DNA from: Pseudopedobacter sp.
GTDB lineage: Bacteria; Bacteroidota; Bacteroidia; Sphingobacteriales; Sphingobacteriaceae
Assembly (NCBI GenBank): GCA_014378105.1
Contig: JACMOI010000022.1
Coordinates: forward strand, 792-64,791
Direction: 5' to 3'
Length of the DNA stretch: 64,000 bases
Made by a program: the position numbers and the translations under genes. Positions 62,947 to 64,000 of this stretch are shown in pieces. The notes beneath the pieces were generated by a model. That model was given only the letters and a program-made list of their open reading frames with translations, was not told the DNA's origin and made no database searches. Position 1 is the stretch's first letter. Every line of letters begins with the position of its first letter.

Positions 62947-64000
62947 TTGAGCTCAGATAAATCAGCGCATTCAAAATTTCTGGAATTTCACTCTCATCCA
63001 AAAGCATTAAGCAATAAGGATTTAGAGTCGCTTGAACTATTAATTCAAGAATTCCCGTATTGCCAAAGCATCAAAATGCTTGCGCTAAAATCTGCTGAAA
63101 ATACAAATCGATATCATTCTTTACTGCAGAAAGCATCTGCTTCCAACGCTTCCAGATCTATTCTTTACGATTTTATTCATCAACCAGAATTATTTGTGGC
63201 TGATTTAGAAACGCATAAACCTTCTAAAGATGAACCTGACAATGGTTTATTTGAATCAAATAATGCTTTCGGGATTAATTTAGATGAGATTGTAGGTTCG
63301 GAATGGCATGAAGAAAAAGTAAAGGAACAGCCTGAGGAAGTTAAAGAAGAAAAAATCACAAATACGTTCGGAATTGATTTGAATGAGATTTTAGGCTCTG
63401 AATTTCAAGAAGAAAAACCTGTCGAAGAAGAAAATCAGGATTTAGAAATTGAAGCTAAAGAAGAAATAGAAAACGAGGTACAAGTTCAGGATAATTCAAG
63501 CGATGAAATCATAGAGGAACCAATTCCTGAAGAAGCTGAAGCGCAATTAGTTGAAGAACAAAAATTAGAAGTTAGTGATAAGGAGTCAGAAGCAACAGAA
63601 GAATCTGAAACGGAACCTTTAAATGAGCAAACGGAAGTAACTTCAGAAGCGGAAATCCAACAAGAAGAAACCACTTCTGAAGAAGAGCATTCTGAAACTG
63701 AAGATAGTGAAAATGAAACACATACAGAAGAAGAAATTGAAGTAGAAAATATAGAATCTATCTCTGAAGATTCTCCAGCTGAAACTAATAATAGTACAAT
63801 TGAAGAAGTTGAAGAACTGGCTTTGGAGGAGGTGGAAAATGAAGTCTCGATTAAAGAGGAATACATTGAAGAGCAAACGATAGAACAAATAGAGGAGCAA
63901 GAGAATAAAGATGCTGTAGAAGAGATAGTGAATGATGAAGCGTCTAGTGAAGAAGGGGTTTCTGAAGAAGAATTAATAGAGTCAGAATCTACATTAAAAG
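62947..64000 (+). CDS. Hypothetical protein with long Glu-rich region, 3'-truncated (missing from the ORF track)
   Basis: TTG start then an open frame to the window end: MSSDKSAHSKF..LIQEFPYCQS.. followed by E-rich low-complexity sequence. Confidence 0.8.
   Translation, partial: MSSDKSAHSKFLEFHSHPKALSNKDLESLELLIQEFPYCQSIKMLALKSAENTNRYHSLLQKASASNASRSILYDFIHQPELFVADLETHKPSKDEPDNGLFESNNAFGINLDEIVGSEWHEEKVKEQPEEVKEEKITNTFGIDLNEILGSEFQEEKPVEEENQDLEIEAKEEIENEVQVQDNSSDEIIEEPIPEEAEAQLVEEQKLEVSDKESEATEESETEPLNEQTEVTSEAEIQQEETTSEEEHSETEDSENETHTEEEIEVENIESISEDSPAETNNSTIEEVEELALEEVENEVSIKEEYIEEQTIEQIEEQENKDAVEEIVNDEASSEEGVSEEELIESESTLK

Noticed and set aside
63486-63900. Ser-rich and Phe-rich minus-strand ORFs
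   Set aside because: Antisense shadows of the GAA-rich plus-strand CDS
1-64000. CRISPR array, tRNA/rRNA, IS, integrase, prophage or defence system
   Set aside because: No repeat-spacer pattern, cloverleaf or diagnostic protein motifs seen by eye

Overview
AT-rich Bacteroidota chromosome segment; the gene set and TAnnTTTG promoters point to Sphingobacteriaceae (Pedobacter-like, inferred). About 45 CDSs, mostly core genes: rlmN, the flippase-dut-TPR-DUF4292-EnvC cluster, tatA x2-gatA-mltD, futalosine menaquinone genes mqnB-mqnD, PTPS-folE-fabD, prc, maeB-ruvA-sprA (T9SS translocon), and miaB-sigma54 activator-lptE. The first and last CDSs are cut by the window edges. No rRNA, tRNA, CRISPR array, transposase or prophage was seen. 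Best candidate for an undescribed system: a LacI-regulated sugar locus (38.2-42.7 kb) with a GH100 invertase-like hydrolase fused to a uridine-kinase-like P-loop kinase, an MFS disaccharide-type transporter, and a perfect 42-bp palindrome in the divergent promoter. Also notable: a 1149-aa outer-membrane protein that looks like a shortened distant SprA paralogue overlapping an orphan sensor kinase gene, a eukaryote-like PTPS-II next to folE, a candidate aminofutalosine deaminase, and several structured or 7-nt periodic intergenic elements. All calls come from motif recognition by eye; no searches were run.
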